The notes beneath the pieces are model-generated. The model was not told where the DNA came from, did no database searches, and saw only the letters and a list, made by a program, of their open reading frames with translations. The position numbers and the translations under genes were made by a program. From assembly GCF_037042905.1 (NCBI RefSeq), contig NC_087246.1, forward strand, positions 16,554,001 to 16,618,000: a stretch of DNA of 64,000 nt, written 5' to 3'. The first letter of the stretch is position 1. Each line of letters begins with the position of its first letter. This document shows positions 13,759-26,300 of this stretch, piece after piece. The DNA comes from Lytechinus pictus (taxonomy: Eukaryota).

Positions 13759-14319
13759 CCCGAACCCCCTGTGTGGTCCCTATCTCCGTCCGACTACATT
13801 GGTAAAGTTATATTTTAGAGTGCATTATTTAAAAGTACAAAGTACAGTGTATTCAGGTATGATATGAAGTATTATGCCCATATAAAATTATGATGTGTTG
13901 TGCATATTGTATAGACATGATTCAACGGCACCAAGGAGGGAGGCACGAGGGTATTTGCCCCCCCCCCCCCGTCGAATGCATGAGGTCACAATGTTGTAAG
14001 TTTTCCATATAATGTAGAAAATCTCGTGTTTCAAATACAAACAAGTCAACTATTATAAGCATTTTGTAAATGAAATTTGTAGTTGAGGGTGTGTATATTA
14101 AGAATCTAGTGAGTGCTACCTATTCATCTCTGGGCATTATCTTTTTTCTTACTTTATGAATCCCGCTCACTTTTCACATTGAATATGACCTATCTATACC
14201 TGCAGTTTATGAATTGAACATGTCATGTTTGGTATCTTTCAAAAGATAATGGAAAATTCTAAGGCAGATATTATGGATCACCATGCACTTAAAAAATGTG
14301 CAGGTCATTAAAAAGGTCA

Positions 14320-15865
14320 GTTCAGCTCTTAATAGTTTAAATTGGGGAACAAAATTATTACGACATGTAATTCTGAATACCTAATTTTTTTAAAACAAAC
14401 ATATGGGGTGTTGTATGCATTTTTTGCTGAAAATTGTTGCTGAGGTTGAGTAAATTGAGATCTGACAAGTGCCACCTTGGCACCCTATGAGGGTATTTTT
14501 TTTTCATTTGCCAAAATGTTCAGTAAAAATTCAATTCAATTCAATCTTTATTGCAACCGTATACAAGGTTGGATTATGTACAAATAAAAAAGGTTGACAG
14601 TTATAAATTTCGTATCTTACAAAGATTGATAATTTATATATCTAAATTGAATAAACATCATATCAAAAAGTATTTTAAAACATCTAAAGTAAGAAATTAT
14701 AATCATTATACATTTAAATAGGGAAACACGTACACAGACATACTGTCTGAAACCGCATGCCTATATAATAATGCCATTAAAATGAGTCCAAACAAAAACA
14801 AAAATTTGAAAGAAAACATAAATTATCATTACAAATTATATAAGCACAAGGGAATAAAACTATTTTTTTATACTTATTGGTTCTACACTTTGGCAGTAAT
14901 GTGTAAATTGCTCAAGCAAAAATGTGCCGTAGCAGAGTCCTCTCAACTTTCCTTCTAAACCTGGAAAGGGTACTCTAGTTGTAGGCAGGGAGGGGGGTCA
15001 TTTCTTATCAGCTGCTCTCAATTTAAAGACCCTGAAGACGAACCCCTTTGACATGCTCTTTTGCTGGCTTGGAGAAAATGGAAATCTTTGGAGCATCTTC
15101 TTCTTGCTAAATAATATGAAGCCATGTGAGAGATTCTTTTACATTTCGATAGTGTATGAATGAGAGAGAGTATAAATCACATTTTCTGTTCAGTCCACTA
15201 CTTCCGCATCAGGCTCTACAGATTTAAATATCATTCGAACAGCAAGTACAAATTGAATTTTTTCCCTTGCCGAATGTATACAATATCCCAACCTGATAAG
15301 GCATTAGCTGTGCACAGCAAACATTTTTCTAGCTCTAATGTGTTTACTGTCAATTATTTTTTTTTCAGTAGGAAGCAGCAGGCGTGTAGACCCCGAAAAC
15401 GAATACTGGAAAAAAATATATATGTGTTGTCAGTATAATGTTTGCGTGCTTCCTCTATGGTGTTATCTTCAGAAGACAACTGATAGTTTCCACGTCAGCC
15501 TCTTGATAATGAAACGCCTACACCTAACCATGTCCAATAAGCTGTAATTGGTGATTGTCTCAATCTGCTGACATCGCACGTACACCGAATCACCTTTCTG
15601 CAGAGATAACTACCAATGTTTTTTTTTTTTTTTACATTTGACTTTTCGTTAACTTTAATTTAATACCAAGCAACAAACATCAAAATAGTTGTCCCATAGG
15701 GTGCCAAGGTGGCAACCGTCAGATTCTTAATATACATACCCTCAGCTACAACTTTCAGCCAAAAAGGTTTATAATAAGCAATTTTTTGTTTTCAAAACAT
15801 GACATGTTCCGTATAATATGTTGTATTATCCTTTGTGCCCCAATTTGACATTTTAAGACCTTAAA
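14320..15865 (-). mobile_element. Degenerate Academ-like DNA transposon derivative with XPG/FEN1-like nuclease remnant
   Basis: Diverged long inverted repeats (core TGCCACCTTGGCACCCTATG at 14470-14489 and 15695-15714). The minus strand reads QEADV...TDNTYIF...ANALSGWDIV../FGKGK...KEHVKGVRLQGL with stops and frameshifts. Confidence 0.55.
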
Positions 15866-16211
15866 TATAAACTTTATTTGAATTGTTCGTGAGTATCATG
15901 CCATGCGATTTTGAAGGAATAGATTGAGCGCGGGAGTGGGACAACCGCGCGAGAAATTTTGGGTTTTAAGAATATTCCTCAAAATTTGGCAAATTTAAGC
16001 ACTTAAATGTATTTAATGATGAATCCACGCATTAATAGAAGTATTGGATAGTGATAATTAAAAAAAAAAACCTTTCTGTTTTGAGAAATGGGGAGGGGGT
16101 GATTGTACATGCCATCTCCGAAAAGTGGGGGGGTATCCCAACCCCTCCCCCTGGGATTTACGCACGTGCAATGCTCTGTGCATATTTCATGTTTCTTATT
16201 TTGTAATATAG

Positions 16212-16381
16212 TATATGTGCATCCATGTAAGTCCAAACCAGAAGATGAGTTTCGGTGGGTCTACCGCACCTTGTGCCATCGCTAACGTGATTTGTTTAGG
16301 GCAACAAGGAGTGGAGGAAAACAAGATCATCACGAAGCTTATCACTGCAGCACTGGGCAAGATCAACGTGACCCCTGACAG
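16212..16381 (+). CDS. MIF: MIF-family gene 2, exon 2
   Basis: Acceptor atatag; YMCIHVSPNQKMSFGGSTAPCAIANVICLGQQGVEENKIITKLITAALGKINVTPD(R); 170 nt; donor GTGAT at 16382. Confidence 0.93.
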
Positions 16382-16636
16382 GTGATTTAAAAAAAACTAT
16401 TTTGTGAAAAAAGCGGATACTACTATACTATTCGACGACAACAACAACAGCTACTAATNNNNNNNNNNNNNNNNNNNNNNNNNNNNNNNNNNNNNNNNNN
16501 NNNNNNNNNNNNNNNNNNNNNNNNNNNNNNNNNNNNNNNNNNNNNNNNNNNNNNNNNNNNNNNNNNNNNNNNNNNNNNNNNNNNNNNNNNNNNNNNNNNN
16601 NNNNNNNNNNNNNNNNNNNNNNNNNNNNNNNNNNNN

Positions 16637-16725
16637 ACTACTACGACTAATAATAATAATGATAATAATAATAATAATAATACTGCTACTACTATACTGC
16701 TGCTGCTGCTGCTGCTACTACTACC
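16637..16725. repeat. Compound (TAA/TAC/TGC)n microsatellite flanking an N gap
   Basis: Direct reading. Confidence 0.9.
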
Positions 16726-17222
16726 TCTACAAATATTCACTTCTGATTATGATGGTCATCAATATAAAGATGACAGGTATCTATTTTTTTGTCTACGAAG
16801 AGAAGTATTTCCGCCAAACTCAACATAATTAATTACATGGGATATATAGCTACTGATATTATTGTTACAATTGCACGGACTGCATGGGAGTTTTGGAGGC
16901 ATGAGGCATGAGCTACAAATTTTATCTTATAATAGCAGGGCAAAAACATAAGATTTTCTATAAATATAATTAAACAAGGGAAGGTGGAACCGAGCTCATT
17001 ACAAAAGTGTATTGATGAAGAAAGGGGAGGATTCTGGTGCCAGTGTTGTTTGGTGACACAGACTACACTTTCGTGAAAATTTGCATTAAAAATTAAGTAA
17101 CTTAATTTTCAATAGGCTCCTCCTTCTCGCCCTCTCCTCTTTCTCTCACTTGTATTTCGCTCTCTTTTCTCTTTCGACCCACCGCATTTTACAATTTCTT
17201 CTCCTTTTTTTTCTTTCTTCAG

Positions 17223-17298
17223 GATGTACGTGATATTCAGAGACATAGCTGGGCAGGATGTTGGTTACAACAACACCACTTGTGCGGGCGTGTCATAA
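17223..17298 (+). CDS. MIF: MIF-family gene 2, exon 3
   Basis: Long polypyrimidine tract plus cag; (R)MYVIFRDIAGQDVGYNNTTCAGVS*. The spliced product is 117 aa. Confidence 0.93.
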
Positions 17299-18679
17299 GG
17301 GGCATGAACTCACATTAGTCCGAAACCTGTACATAATATTCATCAACCCATGTCGAAGATGAAGATTGTGAAAATTTTGATAATGATGTAATTCATTTTT
17401 GTGAAAAGTATCATACATGTATTTTGAGATGTTTGCTTTTTTGCAGTCTCACGGACCTTGATTATTAGCTCAACAATGAAAATGATGTTTGCTCGATCCC
17501 TTCAAAAAGATTCCAAGGATTTTGTTGATTTACCGCAGACAATCTTGATAATATCTTGATAATGATAACATTTAATAATGAGTTGACAGGAAGCATTCGG
17601 TATCTGGTATGAATCGCTATAAAGCGGAGACATGCTCATCCAGGACCACAGGGCCATGTCAAAATGAAAGAGGAGCAGGCGGGGCGGGGGGGGGGGTGCT
17701 CATTATAATTATATTTGTTCAGGCCAAAGAGGTGGATTTTACAGGCATATAGACGGTCGTGAAAAAAGGGGATAAGATGGGGGAAATGAAAAAAAGGAGG
17801 GAGAAAAAGGTAGAGATTTTCACGTCGAATCATACTATCGTAAAAATAGTATAAAAGATAGTTCTGGGTCGTATAACTCCATTATCTCAATATAATTCAA
17901 TGGAAAAAATATTAGTTTTACGTCATCTTCTCCCCTTCAAAATCCTGGTGCCGCCACTGATACTGCAGAATAGAGATTGTCGGAAAGATTAACTTTTGTG
18001 AGAAAATAAAAGTAAAAACCGTATTCAGTATGGATAAAAGCAATTGCCACATAGTTTGAGGAATATTTTCTTTTCCAAGAAAGAGTGAATAGAAAGAGAT
18101 ATAAGTACATTGACATTATTTGACTGCATTGTGGCAGTAAGTGGGTTTCAAAACGTCGATATATTCGCGCTGGTAAGGGAAACCCCCATAATTACGAATC
18201 TCATTATTTTTTTAATTTTAAAATCTTATATCACACGTAATGAGAAGGCATATAGTTTAAATATCAGATGAAATTCTTGAAAGGTCATAACAAACGTCAA
18301 AAGAACTGGGAGTATGACATAAAAACCCCCTTAAATGTAAGTTGGGATTTGTTGGTCAGTGTAAAGCATTTAACAAAATGGTGCATATCATTATATTCTG
18401 CGCGTTGATTGATGTTGGAAATAATGGAACTGCAGGGAAAATGTTCTTCAATGTTCTCTGTGTCCCGGTAAGCTATTATATTCACGAGTTGTAACTCAAT
18501 TCTTTTAAACTGAAATAACGTATTACGGCTGAATGTTGAAAGATCCCCCCCCCCCCCTTGAAAAATAAAAAGAGGGGTAGTAGTGATAAAGTTTATAGCG
18601 ATTGAATTTTAAACATCCCTTTTAAACAAGTGCACAACTTTACGAGGAGTGCATATATGATTTTTATTTATTTGAAAGC

Positions 18680-18772
18680 AGGCACTGCCTTGCATGCCCA
18701 TGGGCATAAGTGCCAGGACCAGAGATCAAACCCCGGACTTGTCTAGTCAGGCGCCTTAGACCACTCGTCCAC
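18680..18772 (-). mobile_element. tRNA-derived SINE 5' fragment
   Basis: Reverse complement GTGGACGAGTGGTCTAAGGCG...GGGGTTTGATC: Pol III A- and B-box-like motifs, no tRNA 3' stem. Confidence 0.55.
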
Positions 18773-19612
18773 TTCATTTTGTACGATTGACTATAAACAA
18801 TTATCCCTGAAATCAAGTGTATAGAAATCAGCCCTACGGTGTTACCAGAAATCGGGCTTGGGTATATACAGAAATCTATTCTATCGGAATCCTAGATAGT
18901 GACACACATTCCGATATCTACCTTGATGAGGAAAAAAGAAAATATTACTATTATTTTGAATAATTTCGATATAGTTACGATGCATTCAAAATATGTCACG
19001 TGAGCCCTTTTAAATTATGAAAGAGGAAAAGGACATACATATGAAATCAAAACGAAGAAATCCAAAAACTAAAGGTATTTAGAATTCTCTAAATTTGTAA
19101 AATTCTAGGAAATTTCAATCAAGCCCCTTAACTACAAAATTGGAAAGGACTTCTGGAAATAGTTGGATGGGCATGATCAGATGATGAGACCTCGTTTTAC
19201 CTTTACTCTTGATAAGGCCCTGTAGACGTTTTTTTGTATAGTTCCAAATTAAAATATTCAAAAAAAGGCGCATATCTGGCATTCCGACGAATAATGGATG
19301 TTATTATCTGAATATTTCAATGGATATTGGCGGTTTTCACCTGAAAAGGTTAATGGATTATGTTTACTACTCCCTTTGTAAGATGTAGGCCTACATGAAA
19401 AGAGTCCCTGAAGATACTAACCCATTATCAATAGGAGGCCATAAGATCAATCGAAGTCAAGATGTAAGGTTTCTGGGAGTTGTAGTTGATGATCACTTAT
19501 CATGGAAAAATCACCTCAGTTAAGTTTGTACTATAAGGTATCAAGGAGTGTTGGTGTCATTTATAAGTACGTTTCTCTCTACCTCAGCAGACCTTAGTAA
19601 CTCTTTACAATT

Positions 19613-21843
19613 CAGTGGCGGTTCCAGGGGGGCACAGGGGGCGCACGCCTCCCCCCCCCAAATATTTGAGCGGCGCCGCTAAAAAAAAAGTAAAAGAAAG
19701 AAAAGGCGCCGCTTAAAAAATAAAAATAAAGGAAAGAAGAGAAAAGGCGCCGCTTAAAAGAATTATACACTGATATAATATTAGCAACAGTAAAGGAAAG
19801 ACTATCCCCAGGCAAAGCACAATCACATCATCTTCCTTATCTCTTCTTTTAACTACCCTTTTCCCAACAACTTCGCCGGTTAAAAATAATCAGCAGTGCG
19901 CTGCCTGCATATTACTGGCGCCAATCAAGAATAATCAGCGCCACCTAAATCTAAATCGGCGCCGGACAAGAATAATCAGCGCCATTTGGTTATAAATCGG
20001 CGCCAGTCAGGAAAAATCTGCACTGCCAGAGTCTTAACCGGCGCCGATCAAGGATAATCAGCTCCACCTAAATCTAAATCGGTGCCGGGCAAGAATAATC
20101 GGCGCCATCTGGTTATAAATCGGCGCCGGTAAAGAAAAATCGGCGCTGCCTGAGTTCTTAACCGGCGCCGATCAAGGATAATCAGCGCCACCTATATCTA
20201 AATCGGGGCCGGTCAAGAATAATCAGCGCCATCTGGTTATAAATCGGCGCTGCCAGAGTCTTAACCGGCGCCAATCAAGAATAATCAGGTCCACCTAAAT
20301 CTAAATCGGCGCCGGACAAGAATAATCGGCGCCATCTAGTTATAAATCGGCGCCGGTCAAGAAAAATCCAAAAGTCACAAGATTGACCTATTTGCAGAAT
20401 TTCGACACATTCTGACAAATTCTAGTGGTTTATTTTTTCTGGGTATATTTGGTTGCTAACCTCGAACCCCGATTCTCTCATATATTTTCCTTCCATAGTG
20501 TCGCACCATCATGAGACTCCTTTGTATAGACAATTATGATTATGCATATTACAAGTAATTCTGAAATATTAATCTCAGTTGATGTGTATCAAATTACATC
20601 GCAGAAAAGGAGTACTAAGATTATGAAGATATTTTAGTCCAAAACTTTGCTAAAACCCGTTGCTAATACCGGGAGTGTATAATTACGCAACCAGACGTAT
20701 ATTCGTTAGACCTTAAACCACTAAATATAATTTTCAATGTAAAAATACAGTTTGTCAATACCTTTGTTTTAATGTTTACGCCACAAAATTTGATTTATTT
20801 TCATCTTCCATTTAGTTAAATATTATTCATATGATCACTCAGGAAGAAGTTAAAAACAAAGATAACGATACCTGTAAAACTGGAGAACTAATTCCAAAGC
20901 TCTGTCTTCAAGGATCTCTTTCTGAATTCAGGTCATAAGCATTATACTTATCCAGTTTCGTCAAAGTAATTAGATAAATATTACTCATCATTAAAAATTA
21001 CATTAGATTTAGTGAAAAGCATCACAATATGATAAATACCAAATTCTGTATTTAGGCCTATACATCATGTACATGAAAATTGAATGATAATATATAAACC
21101 TGGATTGGTGGTGTATTCCAAATGATTCATAATGTAGTATCATTGTATATATATAGTAAAACAAACTTGTATCTCAATTAGTATACATAAGTATTGGCCT
21201 CATCGCAATAGCAGGGTTAGTACACGAGATTTTGAAATCACACATAACATGCATAATTTGTGTTACTTTTTGCTTGTTTCTTTCTTTAATAAGTTTGTCA
21301 ATCTCTCTCTATATATGTTTTAGAAAGATTATATGTTTAAATTGATGTATATTTTTTATGTTATAATGAGATATGTTTAAGTGGACTTCAGGGAATGGTC
21401 GTACGCAGCAAGGGGGAAGGGGGGGGGGGGGGCAAATTCCCGATCAGCTGTTGTGAAAACACATTTTTTCCTTAATATTTCATGAAAACTATGAAAAATT
21501 TGCAAATGTGAGATGTGCACCAAATACTCTTATTACACTTGTAAAAAAAATAATCGCCCCATTGAGCAGCTCGGTCCGTTTACTCTATCGTTTTTATTTT
21601 ATTTTTTTCAAAAATATGTTCGAGTCTTGCCCCCCACCCCCCCCCCCCCCGGAAATATTATCTGCGTGTGGTCATGCAAAATGGCATGACTGGAAATCCT
21701 ACATTTTGAAAAGAGCATTTTACAGGGTCATACTTTACCCCTTTTTCAACATTTTTTTTATGGCGCCGGTGAAGTGCAAAAATATGTGCACCGCTCGGCA
21801 GTACGCCCCCCCCCCCTTTCGCCATAAGCTGGATCCGCCTATG
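19613..21843. mobile_element. CAG/CAT-terminal insertion within the LINE remnant
   Basis: Imperfect TIR CAGTGGCGGTTCCAG / CTGGATCCGCCTATG; no TSD visible. Confidence 0.7.
19917..20368. repeat. Hierarchical minisatellite (about 20.5 / 41 / 123 bp)
   Basis: GGCGCC...AATC half units form 41-bp monomers of three types that cycle in order. Confidence 0.9.
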
Positions 21844-22994
21844 CAATGATATTATACCACACTTATTATTGTAATGTCACATGGGGAAATACATATAGGA
21901 ACCATTAAAACAAACTGCTAATTCTTCAGAAGAAAGTTATGAGGCTCATAACATATTCGAATTACAGATGTCCAAGCATTCCTTTATTTCTGCAATTGAA
22001 GATTTTGCCTCTTGATGATTTAGTCTCCTTCAATTGTTTGATATTTATGTACAAATCACAATCCTCTCAAAACTGTTCATTTTTAAAAGATGCATTTGTT
22101 GTTAACTCAAATGTCCATTTATTCAATACATGGCAGAAAAATCTTATCCACCAAAACCACTTGCAAGAACAAATACTGCTTTGAATTTTTTGTGATAGTT
22201 TGTATCAAAGAATGGAATAAGTTACCACAAAGCTTTAGATCCAGTCCAACACTGCCCATATTTAAAATTTCATGTCGACTATTTATTTGAAAGATTACAA
22301 AATATCTTAAATTGAATCTTGATAAACCATTATGTGTGTGTGTGTGTGTGTGTGGATTTTTGTATGTATTTTTCTTATTTACTCTCTAGATTATCATTGT
22401 ATAAATTCATCTCATTCTTGTTGTAATGTTCTATATAAGGGGCCCCCTCACAAGCTCTGCTTTTATGGGGTCCCAAACCTATCATGTATTCTCATTTTTT
22501 TCGTTAAACTGTGTAACAAAAATTATTAAGTCTCTTGTTTGATTGGTTTAGATAAACTTGAACTTGATGTAGAGCAGGGTGAAAAATACCAAAACAAGCA
22601 AAGATGGTTATTCTGTTACGCTTTTCGTAAAAAAATCTGAAAATGTACTTAACAGCCGGAGTATGGATTTATTATGGTCTGGCATTTAACATGATTAAGG
22701 GCCAACATCTTAAATCACAAAATTATTACACACAGCAATTAAGATGAGCAAACATTGGTGAAGTATGGAGGCCATTTATTTGCATTCATCGTTTTGATCA
22801 ACAGTGCAGATAAAACTACCTTGCTGTGGGCAGCAAGGTAGTTTGGCAGAAAATTGAACCCGGACTTTCATGCATTTAGTCAGGACCCTACTTCTCGTGC
22901 CATGGCACCTCCTTTGTCTGTATGCACAGACCCTTGGTTTTCGCAATTCTCATAGTGCATGATGCAGCTAGAGTCTGAAGTAGTGAGACTAGAC

Positions 22995-23235
22995 CACTAG
23001 CGTACCTACGGGGGGGGGGGGGGCAGGGGGGGCACTCTGCCCCCCCTGACGAGCCACAACCCATACAAAAGACATATACCTGCCCCCCCTGACGAGCTTA
23101 AAAGACCCTTTTTGCCCCCCCCCCCCCCCTGACGAGCTTGAAGACCTTTTTTTTTTTTTTTTTTTTTTTTTTTGCTTGTCAAATTTTTTGCGGCCGATTT
23201 TGCCCCCCCTGTGGAAAATCCTAGGTACGCCACTG
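22995..23235. mobile_element. hAT-like MITE
   Basis: CACTAGCGTACCTA...TAGGTACGCCACTG; 8-bp TSD GACTAGAC. Confidence 0.85.
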
Positions 23236-23342
23236 GACTAGACTGTGGCTGGCTCACAGCATGCTCTCACAGACAGAATTTTGGCGTCTAGTCTTCACTC
23301 TACATGCTCTAGTCTTAAAGCGTCAAATAATGATTATGTGCA

Positions 23343-26300
23343 GGGTCATTCTCAGAAAAATGCTACAATTGATGGGGGGAAAAATCGTAAAAATGAAATC
23401 TACAAAATGGGTTGAAAAATACAGATTGTGAAAGTACCATGTATGAGAAAGTGGCAACAGAAAAGGGGCATGTCGCTGTTGCGTCAATTTGAAGTACTGA
23501 CCGGATTAACTCAAGCACTGTATATCAACGTTACGGAGGTTAATTGTTAGCATTGTTCACTTATGTTACTCAATTAAATCACCTTTGAAATTATTGAAAT
23601 AGAAATGCACACCATAAGTTTCAGTGTGGTATCAACAATTTTATTTACTGAAGCAAAAATGTTTGCAAGATAGAAAAAATATTCAATATTCTTTGAGAAG
23701 CAGGATTTTACCAAATAACATTTAACAAAAAGAACCATAAAAATCATTGCACATCTTTCGTTCAGTTTAATGTTCATAATTTGAATGAGGCAACCTTAAA
23801 ATAACTTTCATCCATAACCTGAGATCCTAAGCAATGCATGACCAATGCTGGGAATCAAAATATAGTTTACCATTAAATCCTCTCGATGGCATTTAACCAT
23901 GTCAACCTTCGTTACGGAAGTTATTAAAAATCAAGTTACAAATTGCACTACTTATTATGTTACCTTAGGAACATCCATATTAAGGTATTGGTATAACATT
24001 TTTTTTTTATTTATTGAAGATGAATGTGGAACGCATTGCTTAATTTTCCCACCCCCCCCCCCCTCCCCAAATAAAAAATGTTAAAAACAGAACAGGAAAC
24101 GGACAACTGTCATTTTATTGTCGTTCTTGTTCAAAGTTGGAATGAGAAAACCGAATAACCGGGCCACAGAATTGCAGTTCATCTTAAAAGTTTCTGGCAC
24201 TAAGTAATCCTAAGCAAGATCCTAAGCAATGCATGACCAATTCTGGGAATCCCACTATACTTTACCATCAAATCCTCGAGTGGCATTTACCCTTGTCAAT
24301 CTTCGTTACGGAAGTTAAATGAAGTTACAAATTGCAGTATTTATTTGTTAGCTTAGGAAAATCCATATTTAGGTATTCGTATAACCTTTTATTAATAAAT
24401 AAAGATAAATGTGGAACGCATAGCTTAATTTGCCAACCCCCCCCTAAAAAAATGTAAAAAACATAAACAGGAAACGGAAACTGTAATTTTATTGTCGTTC
24501 TTGTTCAAAGTTGGAATGAGAAAACCGAATAACCGGGCAACAGAATTACAGTTCATCTTTAAAGTTTCTGGCAATAAACAAAATATAACAATCGCAGTCC
24601 CTTTACCAGGATGAGTTCTCTGGGTTAACGAGGAATCCCGCCGCCTGCCAATAGCCAAAAAAGATAGAAAAAGAGGGAAAAACATTTAAAAAAGGACATG
24701 GGGAAATGAATGATAAAAAAGTAAGGTGAATGAAACAAGAGGCTAAAAAATCACAAATACATAAATTATTAATGGGACCTATATGAACTAATCGCGATTT
24801 TTTTTTCATCAGTTTGTTTTATCGAGATACGCAATTACGCATTCTATTCGTGATTTTAAAAAATGATGAATAGCCAAAATGTTTGATTATCGAAATACGT
24901 ATTTCATTTATAAATTCCAACAAACCGTGAGAGTTTGAAATACCCCTTTCCATGTTTTCATGTAAGTAGGCCTATATCGATTATTCAAGCGCTTTTCATG
25001 CACGTTAAAGGGGTCATCCAGGCTGGAAAATATGATCTGAACAGATAATAAGCAGACAAACAAAATACTGCAAATATGATCAAAATTGAACAAGGAATAG
25101 CGAAGTTATGCCATTTTAAAGATTTGCATTATTTTAATGAAACAATATAGTCTATGCATATCTTCATGAATATTAAAAGAGTTGATTGATGGTGTACATA
25201 CATGTAATCCCCACTTGTTTTTTTTTTTGTATTCTATTGCATGAAATTATTTTTTATTCAATTTATATCCTCTTTATTTGAAAGCGTGCTTAAGATGTCT
25301 GGTTTTCATATTGGAATGACACATATTTTCAGTTCGCGCTTCGCACTCACTGCGCATCATTTCCTTAGCAAGACACCCATCCTTTTTATAATTACAAAAA
25401 GTTAGTAGAATGTCCCGTTTAGGGGACTAAACCTAAAAAAAGCGCGCGTTTTACCTTTGCAATAATTGTTTATTGGATATATATCTTGTTCTCAAATTAC
25501 AACGTCCAAAAATTATTGTTTTCAGATCAACATATAAAAAATTTACAGTCGCATCAATTAAGATACCAATCCTTGCATTGGTACAAAGAGTGTTTAGAAT
25601 GTCAAGCTTTCGGTCAGAATACGAAAAACAAATCAGCTAGCACTTTTTACTCGCATTAATAGTTTATTCAGATAACATCCTGATCATTTCTACAAAACAA
25701 TGCTAGAATTTCAAGTTTTCAGGTTAGACTATTCACAAGTTTTAGCTCGCGCTTTGCGCTCACATTTTTGATCGGTGATACATTAACCCTCCTCATGAGT
25801 CATTGCAAACAGTTTTTCTGTCTCTTTCCTTGTTCATGAAAGCTTAATTGTTTCTCCTTCTTCCCTTTCTCTACACCATTTCTGCCGACTACAGCATTAG
25901 ACAAAGCCATGTCACCTATTCTAGAACTAGAATCGTGCTATCAATCTTAGCAAAGTACAGCAAAGAAGTGTATTAACTTCCGTAACAGTAATTGTTACGG
26001 AAGTTAATGCACTTTATATAGCAAAGGAAATTAGAAATCTTAAGTTCTAAAGAAGATGCCAATATTCAAAATTTGTAGTATGTATTATTTAAAATTCTAA
26101 AAACATTAAATATCATATATAATTCTCGGGAAATTGTTTTCGCTGGCAATTTTCCCTCTTTTCAAAGTGATGTTAAAAATAAGGTGTGTAATAATAATTT
26201 GACAAGGATGAATAGCTATCATTTTTATGGGTAAATAGGTGGACGGTACCTTATATGATTTATATCTGTATGATCCGGAGTGATTCAGTATAGCACAAAT

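Larger units (their letters stand above)
19395..22567 (+). mobile_element. 5'-truncated CR1/L2-type LINE remnant (RT C-terminus) split by a 2.2-kb insertion
   Basis: DVRFLGVVVDDHLSWKNH...LPQQTLVTLYN at about 19460-19612 resumes at 21844 as SMIL..YCNVTWGNT..LLILQKKVMRLITYSNYRCPSIPLFLQLKILPLDDL; stops and frameshifts present. Confidence 0.85.
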
